Made by a program: the position numbers and the translations under genes. The notes beneath the pieces were generated by a model. The model searched no databases and was not told where the DNA came from. It saw only the letters and a program-made list of their open reading frames with translations. A stretch of 64,000 nt of DNA. It comes from Octopus vulgaris. Its lineage: Eukaryota. Of this stretch, positions 13,742 through 26,879 are shown in pieces; the first letter of the stretch is position 1, and each line of letters opens with the position of its first letter. The stretch spans positions 65,844,001 through 65,908,000 of the forward strand of contig OX597830.1 of NCBI GenBank assembly GCA_951406725.2, written 5' to 3'.

Positions 13742-14445
13742 AACAAAGCAATATGTTATTCATATCACTAACCACTCAAGAGAGAGTAATGTATTTTACC
13801 ATATCACTGGCAAAAATTAATTCTTGAACCGTTTAATCACAGGCAATAGCTGACCTTCTACATGATGAATATGTTATGTACATTCCAAGTATTACTTAAA
13901 TAATAGTATGTAGGAGTGATGGGAAATAAACAAGTTATAGGTCAGTTCAAATATGTTTGTGAAATATTTTAACTGTTGAAAGCAATTTCACTACAGTTTA
14001 CTGTGGAGAAAAAAATCCTCACTAATGGTTTAAAAAATGCAAATACATCAATATTAGTTCAGTGGTGCCTCCTATGAACTCCTAGATACATTTCTGTCTT
14101 GTTATGCTCTCTTCAGAAGAGGATACTGAAGGGAGATAATCCTGAGTTGACTAGAAAGCTGTAAATTTATAATGAATCAGTCAGCACTAGTGACTGATTT
14201 GTGCTTGTAGATGCCCAGTCTAAACAAATACATAAGTAACAGCATGAAGCAGTGATGAGAAATAAACAATTTTTCAGTTAGTTCAAATATACCTGTGACA
14301 TATTTTAACTTCTAAAGGCAATTTCACCGTAGTATGCGTATATATATATATATATATATATATATTTCTTTACTACCCACAAGGGGCTAAACACAGAGGA
14401 GACAAACAAGGACATATAAATATATATTACATATATATAACTATA

Positions 14446-14510
<65 letters not shown>

Positions 14511-15525
14511 CATTTACCTGTCTAATCACATTAGGGATAATGAAGAGACTTGATTTCATTTCATCATAAACAAAACTATTTGTTTTTAAAGACAGCAATC
14601 CCTAGTTAATCTGTATCAATTGTTCTTTTAAATTATTGCTCTAATCGATGTTCATTCACCCAAAATCTATGTATTTCTGTCAGTTATCTAAGATCTTGCA
14701 AACACTGGTAAGACAGTTCTTCACTGAGGACACCCGGTAGGATTGAAACATGTTCAGAATTATCATGGCACTCACCAAAAATCAAACACAATCCCCATTA
14801 TTTGCTCCCCAACAATTTTTAATTACTTTGGATTTCAGAGTTGTTTTCCTTGTCTTTCTTAACCAGAATTTATCACGAAATCTAACAATTTTTCTCTTTA
14901 TCACAAATGTAATTTTTATTTGTTAGAAATTTTAGTGGTTCCCTATCTTAAATATGACAACTTCTGCTGCATCATATATTTTCCGTGTGTGTTTGGGTAA
15001 TTTCCACTTCCTCTCTTTTATTCTTACTTCTATCTGATACTTATAGTCTATTCTGAGTGAAGGAACTAAAGACAATATTATCGAAAGCGGTTCTTCTTCA
15101 TATGATGGTTTTTTGAGTTCAGCACACACCACAAATATGATCAGCAAACAATTTGCTTCTTTGACATGACCAAAGATATCAACCGACAATCAGTGCTGTT
15201 GACTTTTTCCCTATAAAATATGGCATCTATTCCTGGCAGTTAGTTGAAGTGAGGTGTATGCAATAACACGTGCTACTCAAATACACCTGAAGTAGATTCA
15301 AAGGCATGATTTGCATTAACTCATTCATCAAGTTATTTTAACTCTCTAACATTTTGAGTAGACCATGTATAACCAATTTTTATCAAACAGCATGTCTCAT
15401 GACTCACTGCTCATCATAAATTAAGCCACACTGCTAAAACAGTGATTTTACCAAGTGTTAAATGTAGTACAGAAAACACCCTCCAAAAAGAAAGTTATAA
15501 AAATTTGACTAATAGAAAGCATAAG

Positions 15526-16125
15526 GTGGCGAGCTAGCAGAAACGTTAGCATGCCGAGCAAAATGCTTAGTGGTTTTTTCGTCTGCGGTTACATTCCGAG
15601 TTCAAATTCCGCCAAGGTCGACTCTGCCTTTCATCCTTTCGAGGTTGATTAAATAAGTACCAGCTATGCACTGGGGTCGATGTAATCGACTTAATCCATT
15701 TGTCTGTCCTAGTTTGTCCTCTCTGTGTTTAGCCCCTTGTGGGTAGTAAAGAAATAGGTATTTCGTCTGCTGTTACATTCTGAGTTCAAATTCCGCAGAG
15801 GTCGACTTTGCCTTTCATCCTTTCGGGGTTGATTAAATAAGTACCAGTTACGCACTGGGGTCGATATAATCGACTTAATCCATTTGTCTGTCCTTGTTTG
15901 TCCTCTCTGTGTTTAGCCCCTTGTGGGTAGTAAAGAAATAGGTATTTCGTCTTCCGTTATATTCTGAGTTCAAATTCCGCCGAGGTCGACTTTGCCTTTC
16001 ATCCTTTCGGGGTCGATTAAATTAAGTACCAGTAATGCACTGGAGTCGATATAATCGACTTAATCCATTTGTCTGTCCTTGTTTGTCTCCTCTATGTTTA
16101 GCTCCTTGTGGGCATTAAAGAAATA
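15526..16125 (+). mobile_element. Family B tRNA-derived SINE, head plus three tandem bodies
   Basis: One head (GGCGAGCTAGCAGAAACGTTAGC), then 3 units of ~185 bp each carrying GAGTTCAAATTCC and GCCTTTCATCCTTTCG and ending AAAGAAATA. 12-bp TSD AGAAAGCATAAG at 15514-15525 and 16126-16137. Confidence 0.9.
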
Positions 16126-16420
16126 AGAAAGCATAAGTGAGAGAACAGAACAAAATTGCTCAAATTAAATTACAGAGTCAGACCTAAAGATTATGTAACA
16201 AAATTATAGAAAGTTATTGTACGTATATAATCATGACATTACACATGCCATTCAAAAAAAATCACAACATGAAATGTTGCTTATGACCCGTTTGTTACAG
16301 ATTGCTTATTCCTGCCGTAAGCAATAATATTCTCCAGCAATGATAATTATAGTGGATCACATCATAATTAATTAAACAGTGTTAATGTTTTAGCAATACA
16401 ATAAAGATTTTTATTAAGTA

Positions 16421-16878
16421 GGTGGAGGAGTGGCTGTGTGGTAAGTAGCTTGCTTACCAACCACATGGTTCCGGGTTCAGTCCCACTGCGTGGCACCTTG
16501 GGCAAGTGTCTTCTACTATAGCCTCGGTCCGACCAAAGGCTTGTGAGTGGATTTGGTAGATGGAAACTGAAAGAAGCCCATCGTATATATGTATATATAT
16601 ATATATATGTATGTGTGTGTATATGTTTGTGTGTCTGTGTTTGTCCTCCACCCCCCAATATTGCTTGACAACCAATGCTGGTGTGTTTACGTCCCCATAA
16701 CTTGGCAGTTTGGCAAAAGAGATTCATGAAATAAGTACTAGGCTTACAAAAATAAGTCCTGGGGTCCATTTGCTTGACTAAAGGTGGTGCTCCAGCATGG
16801 CCACAGTCACATGACTGAAACAATTAGAAGAGTAAAAGAGAACAACATGATGTGTGTGAGTGAAAGAAGCCTGTCGTA

Positions 16879-16923
<45 letters not shown>

Positions 16924-17150
16924 GTATGTGTGTGTGTGTGTTTGTGTGTCTGTGTTTGTCCCCCTAGCATTGCTTGACAACTGATGCTGGTGTGTTTACG
17001 TCCCTGTCACTTAGCGGTTCGGCAAAAGAGACCGATAGAATAAGTACTGGGCTTACAAAGAATAAGTCCCGGGGTCGATTTGCTCGACTAAAGGCGGTGC
17101 TCCAGCATGGCCACAGTCAAATGACTGAAACAAGTAAAAGAGAGAAAAGA
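16421..17150 (+). mobile_element. Family A SINE followed by a second 5'-truncated copy
   Basis: Full copy at 16421-16840; a second body and tail at about 16862-17150. Confidence 0.9.
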
Positions 17151-17749
17151 GTATATATATATATATATATATATATACACAAGTTGCTTAGCCACATACT
17201 GATTTAGGTTGGGATTTAGTATAAATAGGAAGAAAATTAATATAAATATACAAACAGTTGCACTTGCATCATACTGGTGATTATTTAATAATGATGTCCT
17301 AGCTCAGCTCAAATTACTAATCTTTGAGAAGTTCTTAATAACCCTGACCAAATTCCAAAAGTGAAATATTAAGTGACAATGATTTTATGATTTGTTGAAA
17401 ATATTTATCAACACATACAAGTTAAACTAAATGAGTAACGGAGTGAAGGACTAACTAGCCCTGGGAAATTTGATATGAACAATTCTCTCATGTTTTATTG
17501 GCAATTAAGCGGGACAAATATGTAGATGTTAAATTTTATAATTGATTATGGTAGAAGGGATTGTGTCATTTAAAATCTAAATATTAGCAGTGACTGAGAA
17601 AAAATTTCTGACACCACAAGCGATAACATCCTAATGACATGTCAGGGGACAAGGGCATGATACCCTGGTTGAAAAAACAACCTGTAACTTTGATAATAGA
17701 AGGAAAATTCTATAAAATGACAGACAGAAGCTTGCAGTGACAGGTTTAA

Positions 17750-17972
17750 CTCTTTAGTATTCAGATTACTCTGGAAAATATAAAGTATATTTATCAACAT
17801 TGATTTGAATTAATCATGCATTGTTCCCATAGCTTTGAGATTTCAATGATGCAATTGTTTGTTTTTTCGGGTGACATTGTTGGTAAGGTATGAGAAGCCA
17901 GATCTAGTTAGTTTGATCGTAAAACAGTTTGAATATGTGGGGAGGATATGGCCTGGTTTAAATGCTAAAGGG
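17750..17972. mobile_element. piggyBac-like MITE, second family
   Basis: TTAA-CTCTTTAGTATT...AATGCTAAAGGG-TTAA. Confidence 0.7.
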
Positions 17973-18788
17973 TTAAAATCCTCCAGCTTTGAGGAGTGAT
18001 GTGAATGCCTGACAGTGCTCCAAATCCAAAACTCTCATCTTGTCTATGCTTTGAAAAAGACTAAAAGATTTGTCAAGGATATGAGCAGAGGAAATGCTTC
18101 CTTACACAGACATGCCATACTGGCATTCCTTTAAGATCATTGCCAAGGCTTCAAATTAGTAAATGAGGCAAGCTGATAGCCTCACAGAGTGGATACTGAC
18201 CATAGGATAGTAGATGAACCTTCTACCTAAGGGTATCTGTTCCTCTCACAAAACAAGGAAGACAAGGTATGCCAGTTTGGGTAAACACTTTATCAGACAA
18301 GGTATGGTCATCTGGTTGTAGCTCATAACTGAAACTGTATACTTGTTGTTCATCTCTGTCAAACCTTTTAGAAATATCTTTCTCTTGGTCCATTTCAATT
18401 GTCGCTTCATCCCAATTCACTATTTGGAAGTTCAGACAAACCAAACACCAAGCAGTATAATCAAACCATCCAGTTAGTAAGGACCTGCTGAGATGGGAGC
18501 CTACTGATTTCTCCTGGTTTGTTTTAGTTCTTGTCATCTCAAGTTCTACTAGTTTGAGACATGCCACCTTGATTTCAGAGGAGTACATCACCTCCTATTA
18601 CAATACCATTACATCACCTATTATAAATACACTGTACTCCTTCATTACACCTGAAGTGAGATATCACCCCAGATTCTCAGTATTTTCAGCCAGAGCCTGA
18701 CTAGCAAATACATACAAAATCTTTCTAAAAATTGGAAAGATTGAATATCCTTCTTAACATACCACAAACATACAAATCAGTTCCTATA

Positions 18789-19019
18789 TATTTCTTTACT
18801 ACCCACAAGGGGCTAAACACAGAGGGGACAAACAAGGACAGACAAAGGGATTAAGTCAATTACGTCAACTCCAGTACGTAACTGGTACTTAATTTATCGA
18901 CCCCAAAAGGATGAAAGGCAAAGTCGACCTCGGTGGAATTTGAACTCGGAACGTAACGACAGACGAAATACGGCTACGCATTTCGCCCGGCGTGCTAACG
19001 TTTCTGCCATTTCGCCACC
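18789..19019 (-). mobile_element. Family B SINE monomer
   Basis: Full reverse copy with an 18-bp TSD TACAAATCA(G/A)TTCCTATA at 18771-18788 and 19020-19037. Confidence 0.9.
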
Positions 19020-19237
19020 TACAAATCAATTCCTATAAGTGGCTGTTTTCATGGAACCTCAAACAGATGTTACTATAAAAAAGCAGTCGACCATCACCTG
19101 CTAATACAGTGTGACGCAAAAGTCAAACACCAATATAAGTTCAATATGCTCTAGAATCATCAGTAAACATTCTTCAATTTTTCTATAATTGAATAAAATA
19201 AAATAACGAGCACACACGTACTTGGACATGATGAACA

Positions 19238-19273
<36 letters not shown>

Positions 19274-19551
19274 CATAAGAACAAACTGTCATATGTTTTG
19301 ATGCATGGTTTTTGGCTCAGCCTGTATGCTCTAAAATGGCCACTTACCAAATATTTATCGTTTGTCAGCTCACCATTTAAGTAATTAGATAAGCAATCTA
19401 TTAGATAATTAACTTAATTAACTCTGGTGTATAATAATACGGAGCAATACTTATACGTACTGTCATTTGTCAAACTACGACTTTAAGTTGATTAGAGAAA
19501 ATTAATGGGTGTTTTGCTGGTTCTAAGTTACGTACAGTAAATTGATAGTCA

Positions 19552-20737
19552 CGACTGTGTGGTAGGCAGCTTGATTCCAATCCACAGGGTTGCAGGTTCA
19601 AGTCTTATTGTGTGGCACATTGAGCAAATGTCTTCCACTTTAGCCCCAGGCCAACCAAAGCCTAGGGAGTGGATATGGTAGATGGGAACTGGAAGAAACT
19701 CATCATATGTATATGCGTGAGTGTCTGTGTGTGTGTGTGCACTTTGTATGTATGGTGTGTGTGTGTGTGTGTGTATGTGCATGCTTGTGTGTGTTTGTGT
19801 GTGTGTGCATGTGCATGCTTATGTGTGTGTGTGTGCATGGGCATACTTGTGTGTGTTTGTGTGTTTGTGTGTGTGAGTGTGTGTGTGCATGTGCATGCTT
19901 GTGTTTGTTTCCCACCACCGCTTGACAACCAGTGCTGGTTTGTTTACGTCCCCATAACTCAAGAGCCCAATAGAATAAAAAATCAGTCTTAACGAGTAAT
20001 CCCTCTCTCTCTTTCGGAGAGGCACAAGCACCTACACGTACATATACACACACGGCAGTAACTTCCGCCTGCCGAATTCCATCACAAAGCTTCGGTCGGC
20101 TCGGGGCTATAGCGGAAGACACCTACCCAAAGTGCCACGCAGTGGGACTGAACCCGAAACCATGTAGCTATGAAGCAAGCTCCCTAATCACACAGCCATG
20201 CCCAGGCATATGGATATGAAAATAAACAGATCGACATACAGACGGATAGGTACACAGGTTATAAGAACAGACAAGCACACATACGCAAATGAAGACTGAA
20301 ACACATGACCATATATACACACACACTTTACTTCACACAGGGACACATATGGAAACACATGTCCACACATATGGAGATGCACATCCATACATACAGACAC
20401 AGTACATAGTCACAAAAACCCATACACATACACATGGACACACTCAGACAGGCACACACAAGGAGACAGAGGTGCACACACACACACATAAAAATGCACA
20501 AACAGGAACACACAAACACACACACACACATGAATATGCAGAATACATACATAAAAACGTACACACATACATATATACATTCCTATTTACTACAAATAAT
20601 AAATAGGAATAAGCAGTTTTTGACTGCTATTTCTAAATTTTCAGTATGTGGCTAAGCAACTTGTGTATATATATATATATATATACATATCATCATCATC
20701 ATCATCATCATCGTTTAGCGTGATGAGGATGATGATG

Positions 20738-20809
<72 letters not shown>

Positions 20810-21205
20810 CACATATATATATACATATATTTAATCAATTTAAAGAATGAAAAAACAGAGAAAAAAATGAATGTAAGGATGTGCTCAAGCGATTTATTAA
20901 TTTTACATTTGGCAAAAGAAGAGAGTTGTTCTTAAAGTTTCGAGTATAGCTCTTTGTCAGAAACAGCAAAATCTAACGAGAAAGAAGGCAAAATAAGGAA
21001 AAATTGACAACAGTCCACGTGTGGTTACATTCCTGAAGTATATATACGACTAGCTTCTTTCAGTTTCTGTCAGCCAAATTCACATGCAAGACCTTGGTCG
21101 GCCCAGGACTAAAGCAGAAGATACTTGCCTAAGGTGCCATACAGTGAAACCGAGCCTGGAACCATGTGGATGAGAAGCAAACTTCTTACCACACAGCCAT
21201 GCTTG
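19552..21205. mobile_element. Cluster of decayed family A SINEs (19552-19990 +, 20060-20206 -, 21050-21205 -) with microsatellites
   Basis: Diverged matches to the family A head and core. Confidence 0.75.
20929..20965 (-). ncRNA. Decayed minimal hammerhead motif
   Basis: Minus strand TTT-CTGACAA-AGAG(CTATA)CTC-GAAACTTT-AAG. Same design as 40940-40977 but with core substitutions. The host segment is flanked by TA runs. Confidence 0.5.
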
Positions 21206-21819
21206 TATCTTCTCTTACCATGCATGTGTAAAAAGAGAGATCCTGGACACACAAGATCTGGAATACGTAGTACCCTTTACATACAGTACCCTAGGTGAAA
21301 ATCCCTTGCTGAATCAGGCTTATAGCCATTGTTCCCTCAGCATGTCTTGGGGACATGCTGCCCTAAAATTTAGGTTAAAAAAAAAACTGTTTCCAAAGCT
21401 AGTAGTCACTAGCATAGCTAGTGTGTGTGCCACCTAGGGTGACCCTTCAGTTTGTTGCCCCTAGGCCCCAACAAAATATACAAATTGTCTACAGCACACC
21501 CAAAAGTGGTGCTACCCAGGGTGGACCTCACTCCTTCTGAGCCTGCATCTATTTAAACTAGTGCTGGTAGTAGTAGTAGGAGAGTTATTGAGAAAGATTT
21601 ATCTGCTACATTGACTTAACAAGGTGACAATGGATACTGTTTGCAGCTTGTTGCTTTAATAAGAGAGGCTGTAGTTATTGTTTAACACAAAGGGACTGAA
21701 CCTGGAACCATGTGGTTCATAAGCAAGCTACTTACCACACAGCCATGCCTGCACTTACAAAGAGGTACGCTCATTGGTTAATATCAAGGGAGTAGTGGCT
21801 GCAACATTAGAAGTGACCC

Positions 21820-22960
21820 TACATAGCAGTGCTCCTACCTAACAGCAGCCTTATCTAACTGCAGCACTCTTGTCTAGAAGCAGTGCTACCCAGCAGTAGT
21901 ACCATAACTAACACACTTAATAACACCCTATCTAGCAACAGTTCCACTTTCATGTATGCCAAAGTAGTAGCAGCCATCTTTAGAAGCGGCCCCCTCCAGA
22001 AGTAGCCCCCCTCTAGAAGCATCACTATCCAGAAACAATTCTATACAGAAACAGTCCTCTCTAGAAGCAGCCTTCTCTCAACGTATCCTCACCTAGAAGC
22101 AGCCCAGCCTTGAAGCGGCCCTATTTTGGATCAAGCCTACACGGTACCCCTGTCTAGCAGCAGTCCTACATAGCAGCAATAACCCCATGTAGCAGCAATA
22201 CCTAAAATTAGTATTACCTGTCTGTAGTCTTACCTAGCAGCGACCCTACATAGTAACAGTGAGGGCTGTGTGAGAAACATTATGCCTGGTCCTTCCTTGA
22301 TAAATCAATGCAGTGGGCCCAATAATATTTATTGACAGTAAATCAGAATGAAGCCCCTAGATCCATGATGCTCCTTGACTTGCAAGGCCTCTAGACCTGC
22401 AGGTCGTCTAGACCTGCAATGCTCCTAGACCCTAGACCAGCAATAACCCCATGTAGCAGCAATTCCTAAAATTAGTTCTACCTGTCTGTAGTCTTACCTA
22501 GCAGTGACCCTACATTGTAACAGTGAGGTGTGTGAGATACACTATGCCTGGTCCTTCATTGACAAATCAATGCAGTGGGCCCAATAATATTTATTGACAG
22601 TAAATCAGAAAGAAGCCCCTAGACTCATGACACTCCTTGACTTGTGAGGCCTCTTGACCCAGAAGGCCTCTAGGCCTACAAAGCCTCTAGGCCTACAAAG
22701 CCTCTAGACCTGCAATGCCCCTAGACCCATAAGGCCCTTATACCTATGAGATCCCTGGGAAACTACCCAGTGTGCTTATGCCTCAAGAGAACACTGACAA
22801 CTGTCTTATCTGACTACATCCCTACCTGGTTGCAGCCCTACCTGGTAACAGTTGTATCTAGTAAATCCCTACCTGGCAGCAGTCTTACCAAGCAGCAATT
22901 CTACCTAGCAACAGTCTCACCTGGCAGCAACCAACTTAGAAGCATCAGCAACAAATGATA
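21820..22960. repeat. Degenerate ~16-17-bp minisatellites with a 264-bp tandem duplication
   Basis: CTAG(C/A)AGCAG-type and CCTCTAG(A/G)CCT-type units. The segment 22174-22437 is repeated from 22438. Confidence 0.75.
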
Positions 22961-23251
22961 CCAGGATCAGCAGCAACAGCAGCAGCACTGCAGCAACATC
23001 TCTTGTGCAGCAGTCGCAACAGCAATTCATTTCAATTCTATTCACATCTAAGATGCCTTTCAGGAATATTAATACAATACAACACAGACATGTAGTACAA
23101 AAGTTTCTTTGCAGTCCAAGATACAATAACAATCAATACATTACAAATATTCTTAATCAAGCCAATAATAAAACCTCTATCTCGTTGCTTGATCTGCTAA
23201 AAATAACAACCAAATTTCTTCTATTCACATTTTCCATCTTTTAAGGAGTAA

Positions 23252-23545
23252 TCATCATCATCATCATCATCGTTTAACGTCCGTTCTCCATGCTAGCATG
23301 GGTTGGACGGTTCGACCGGGGATCCGGGAAGCCAGAAGGCTGCACCAGGCTCCAGTCTTATCTGGCAATGTTTCTACAGCTGGATGCTCTTCCTAACGCC
23401 AACCACTCTGTGAGTGTAGTGGGTGCTTTTTACGTGCCACCCGCACAGGTGCCAGGCGAGGCTGGCAACGGCCACGGTCAGATTGGTGCATTTTACGTGC
23501 CACCGGCACGGAAGCCAGTCGAGGCGGTGCTGGCATCGGCCACGA
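23252..23545 (-). mobile_element. Family C RTE 3' tail
   Basis: Well-preserved reverse copy with a (CAT)n tail. Confidence 0.8.
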
Positions 23546-24335
23546 GTAATCACAATGGATATTAGAGAAATTAATGGTATTAAGAAAGAAGATATGATAG
23601 ACACAGCTGGAACAGCCTTGACCAAAGGTCTGCTTAAACAATAACAAACATGTAATCAATTATAATACAAAACAATATTCTGGGACAGTTGTATGTCTTG
23701 TAGGGCCATTGGTCTACACCTGGAAACTTTCTCTCTCCAATGCATAGATCTAAGCAAGACCAGTTGTTGCCCATCGATGCAAACTTTCCTTCTCTGTGCA
23801 GCTAATGTTGTCCAAGGTAAAAGCAAGATCCAGTACATTTTGGTACACGTGTCAACACAGATTTTGCCATCAGAAATAAACCAGACCCAGATTATTGCAA
23901 AGCATCCTACTACCCTGGGCTGGTATTTTAACTGTTGATCCCAAAAGGAAGAAAGCAAAGTCAACTTTGGCAGGATTTGAACTCAGAGCACAGAGGGGCA
24001 GAACTAATACCACAAGGGGCATTTTAGCCAACCATCTCATAAATCTGTCAATTCATTACCTTGATATAATGTCCAGTACTGTATTCTCTTATTTTTTTGT
24101 TCTTTAACTTGTCTCAGTCATTTGACTGTGGCCATACTAGAGCATCACCTTTAGTTGAACAAACTTTACCCCAGGACTTATTCTTTAGAAGTCAGGTACT
24201 TATTATATCAGTCTCTTTTGCTGAACCACAATGTTATGGGGATGTAAACATACCAACATCAAGCGATGGTGGAGAGACAAACACACACACACACACACAT
24301 ACATACATACATACATACATATATACATACATACA

Positions 24336-24369
<34 letters not shown>

Positions 24370-25041
24370 GGAATTTATGGAAAGGTATCCCATAGAATTC
24401 AACTCCCATAGAATTCAACAAATTTGTTAAAAATGGAGAAGAGAAGATGTTAAAATTTGAGGGAATTTTAATACATGCATACAATCGTTTCAAACAGTGA
24501 TATTAAAACATGCAAATTCATGGTAGAATAATTAAATTAATTTGATTAAATTAAATTAATTACATATCACTGTTCTTCTCAGTGCAAGTTTATACTTCTT
24601 GCACTGAGAAGAACTCATAAGATAGTTGTCAACCCTAGACCATAGTAGAAGACATTTGCCTAAGGTGCCATGCAGTGGGACTGAAACCAAAACCATGGAT
24701 TCGTATGGTCAACATATTCAAACATTTAAATATTCATGCAACAAACTCTGTAGATTATACTAAGTGTGTTATGAGCATTTTAGAACTTGTAAACCACAAT
24801 CTGCCTCCACTCAATGTATATCATATACATACACATACACACTCTGTGAACACCACATACACATATGTGAGTCTTTATGTTTATATATATGTCCAACCCA
24901 TGCCAGCAGAGGAAACAGATGTTAAACATTGATGATGTGTGATGATATTGAGAAATTTCAATAGTCTAGTGACTATGACTTTCATAAACAGCTTATTGAG
25001 GTGAGACAAGAAGCATATTGGGTGATAGCTTCTTAAATCTT

Positions 25042-25835
25042 TCAGTTGCCAGATCACAGACTGGCAACTGAAACTGGCTGTGGACAAGTGTACCACCATG
25101 CATTTTGGGAGAAAAAACCCTGCGTCCACATACTCCCTCCACAACACTGATATCAAGAAATCCTTCTGCGAGCGTGACCTAGGCATCACTGTCAGCAGTG
25201 ATTTGCGTTGGACAAAGCATATCTCTAAAATTGTCAAGAAGGCCGAGGGTGTCTTGGCATCACTCAGCAAGACTTTTGTTAGCCGCTCTCCAGCCATCTA
25301 TTTAAAACTGTATACAGCTATGGTACGACCACACTTGGAATTCGCATCATCAGTTTGGAACCCCTATCTTGCTCAGAACATTGACCTCCTGGAATCAGTT
25401 CAGAGACGTGCAACCAAACGCATACCCTCCATCAGACACCTACCATACTCTGAGCGTCTTGTTTCCCTGGGCATGGATTCACTGAAGCTCCGGCGTCTGG
25501 CGACGGACTTGGTAAACACCCACAAAGTTGTCAACCACCTCACCAATAACAACACTGAACACCTTTTTGATCTCCATGTGTCTAACACACATGGACATGC
25601 CTACAAAGTCAGAAAACAACACAGCTCCCATGACTTTCGGAAACATTTTTTCACGCTCAGAGTTGCTGAAGCATGGAATAAACTGCCTGCGTCAGTTGTT
25701 GACTGCCATGACACTGCATCCTTTAAGGCCCTCATGCTTTCCGAAATCCGCCGAAACTACACCTGATTATATATACACTTTAGATGAGTTGTAGTGCACC
25801 TGAGCACTGTACACAATTATTATTATTATTATTAT
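25042..25835 (+). mobile_element. 5'-truncated CR1-clade LINE with an uninterrupted ORF2 C-terminus (25053-25766)
   Basis: WQLKLAVDKCTTMHFG, ERDLGI, LYTAMVRPHLEFASSVWNP, LESVQRRATK and FFTLRVAEAWNKLP are CR1-type motifs. (ATT)n tail. 9-bp TSD TTAAATCTT at 25033-25041 and 25836-25844. Confidence 0.9.
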
Positions 25836-26123
25836 TTAAATCTTATGAGGTAAGATAGTATTTGACTTGAGGCTGGGCCAGACATGTTGTAAGATTCACA
25901 AACAACTGATAGGTCTGTGCAGTTGCTGAATGGTATCCAAGAGATGGAAAAAGACCGCTCAGAAGATATCCACAATGATAGGAAGACAATTTAGCTAAGT
26001 GATTTCGGACAAGATAGAAAAAGAACTACCTATGTAAATGATTGAATCATTTATGACAAGATCATAAACACCAAAAGCACAAACAACAAACACAAAAACC
26101 AGCTCATGAAAGAACTTCCAAAT

Positions 26124-26485
26124 CAGTGTTTCTCAACCAGGGTCCACATAACCGTTAGGGGTCCATATAAGACTCTGTCACTAAAGTTTGTGTAATAAAC
26201 TGGTTACATTTCTGCAGTACACAAAATATTTTAACAATTTTTTTTATACAATTCCTAAACAATATATAATTATAAAATTATAGGTGCAGGCATGACTGTG
26301 TGGTTAGAAGCTTGCTTCCCAACCAGATGGAAAGCAGACGTTAAACGATGATGATGATAATATATATATATATATAATTATATATCATGAAATTAGCATT
26401 AGCGTATCTCACTCTTTCTCGCAGAACCTCTAGGAGGCTTTTGCAGAACCCTAGTGTTCCAGGGAACCACAGTTGAGAAATACTC
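26124..26485. mobile_element. Decayed hAT(Charlie)-like MITE ends
   Basis: CAGTGTTTCTCAACC ... GTTGAGAAATACT termini, with SINE/RTE scraps nested between them. Confidence 0.5.
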
Positions 26486-26879
26486 CTCTACTGCCTTAAA
26501 TAAGGAAGGGCTTATTGGAGAATATGGTCCAGCATGCTCACTAAGAAGGTATCTATCAAGTCAAGGCTATGGTATAAGACCCTTAACCAAAGTGCCATGC
26601 CATGGAACCAAACCATGAAAAAGTGGTTGTCAAGGGACTTTCTTAACTATGGATTGTGTTGTTGTTGCTGTTGCTGTTGTCAAGATTTTGTTTTTGTCAT
26701 GCAGCTCCAGATAGGCCCCTGACCCAGAAGACCTGTGATCAAAGGTGTGGTCATCTCATTTTATTTTCAGGTTTGGGGAATCTTTGGGACTACTTTATTC
26801 TTCTCTTAGTGAAAACAATATGGATATGCAGTAGCCACATGTCAACATTATCAGTAATATAGCTTACTATAATAATCAT

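Noticed and set aside
14083-14120. Minus-strand CTGAAGA...GAAATGTA
   Set aside because: No stem II or stem I pairing; could be chance.
14718-14760. CTGAGGA...GAAACATGTTC hammerhead-like motif
   Set aside because: The core words and a palindrome are present but stems I and II pair poorly. Counted only as a weak candidate and not annotated.
15570-16125. Regular repeat that might be taken for a CRISPR array
   Set aside because: The units are whole ~185-bp SINE bodies without unique spacers, in a eukaryotic context with no cas genes.
18223-18591. 122-aa minus-strand ORF in unique-looking sequence
   Set aside because: No recognisable motif, a non-ATG start and no clear splice sites. Possibly an old TE, but I cannot assign it.
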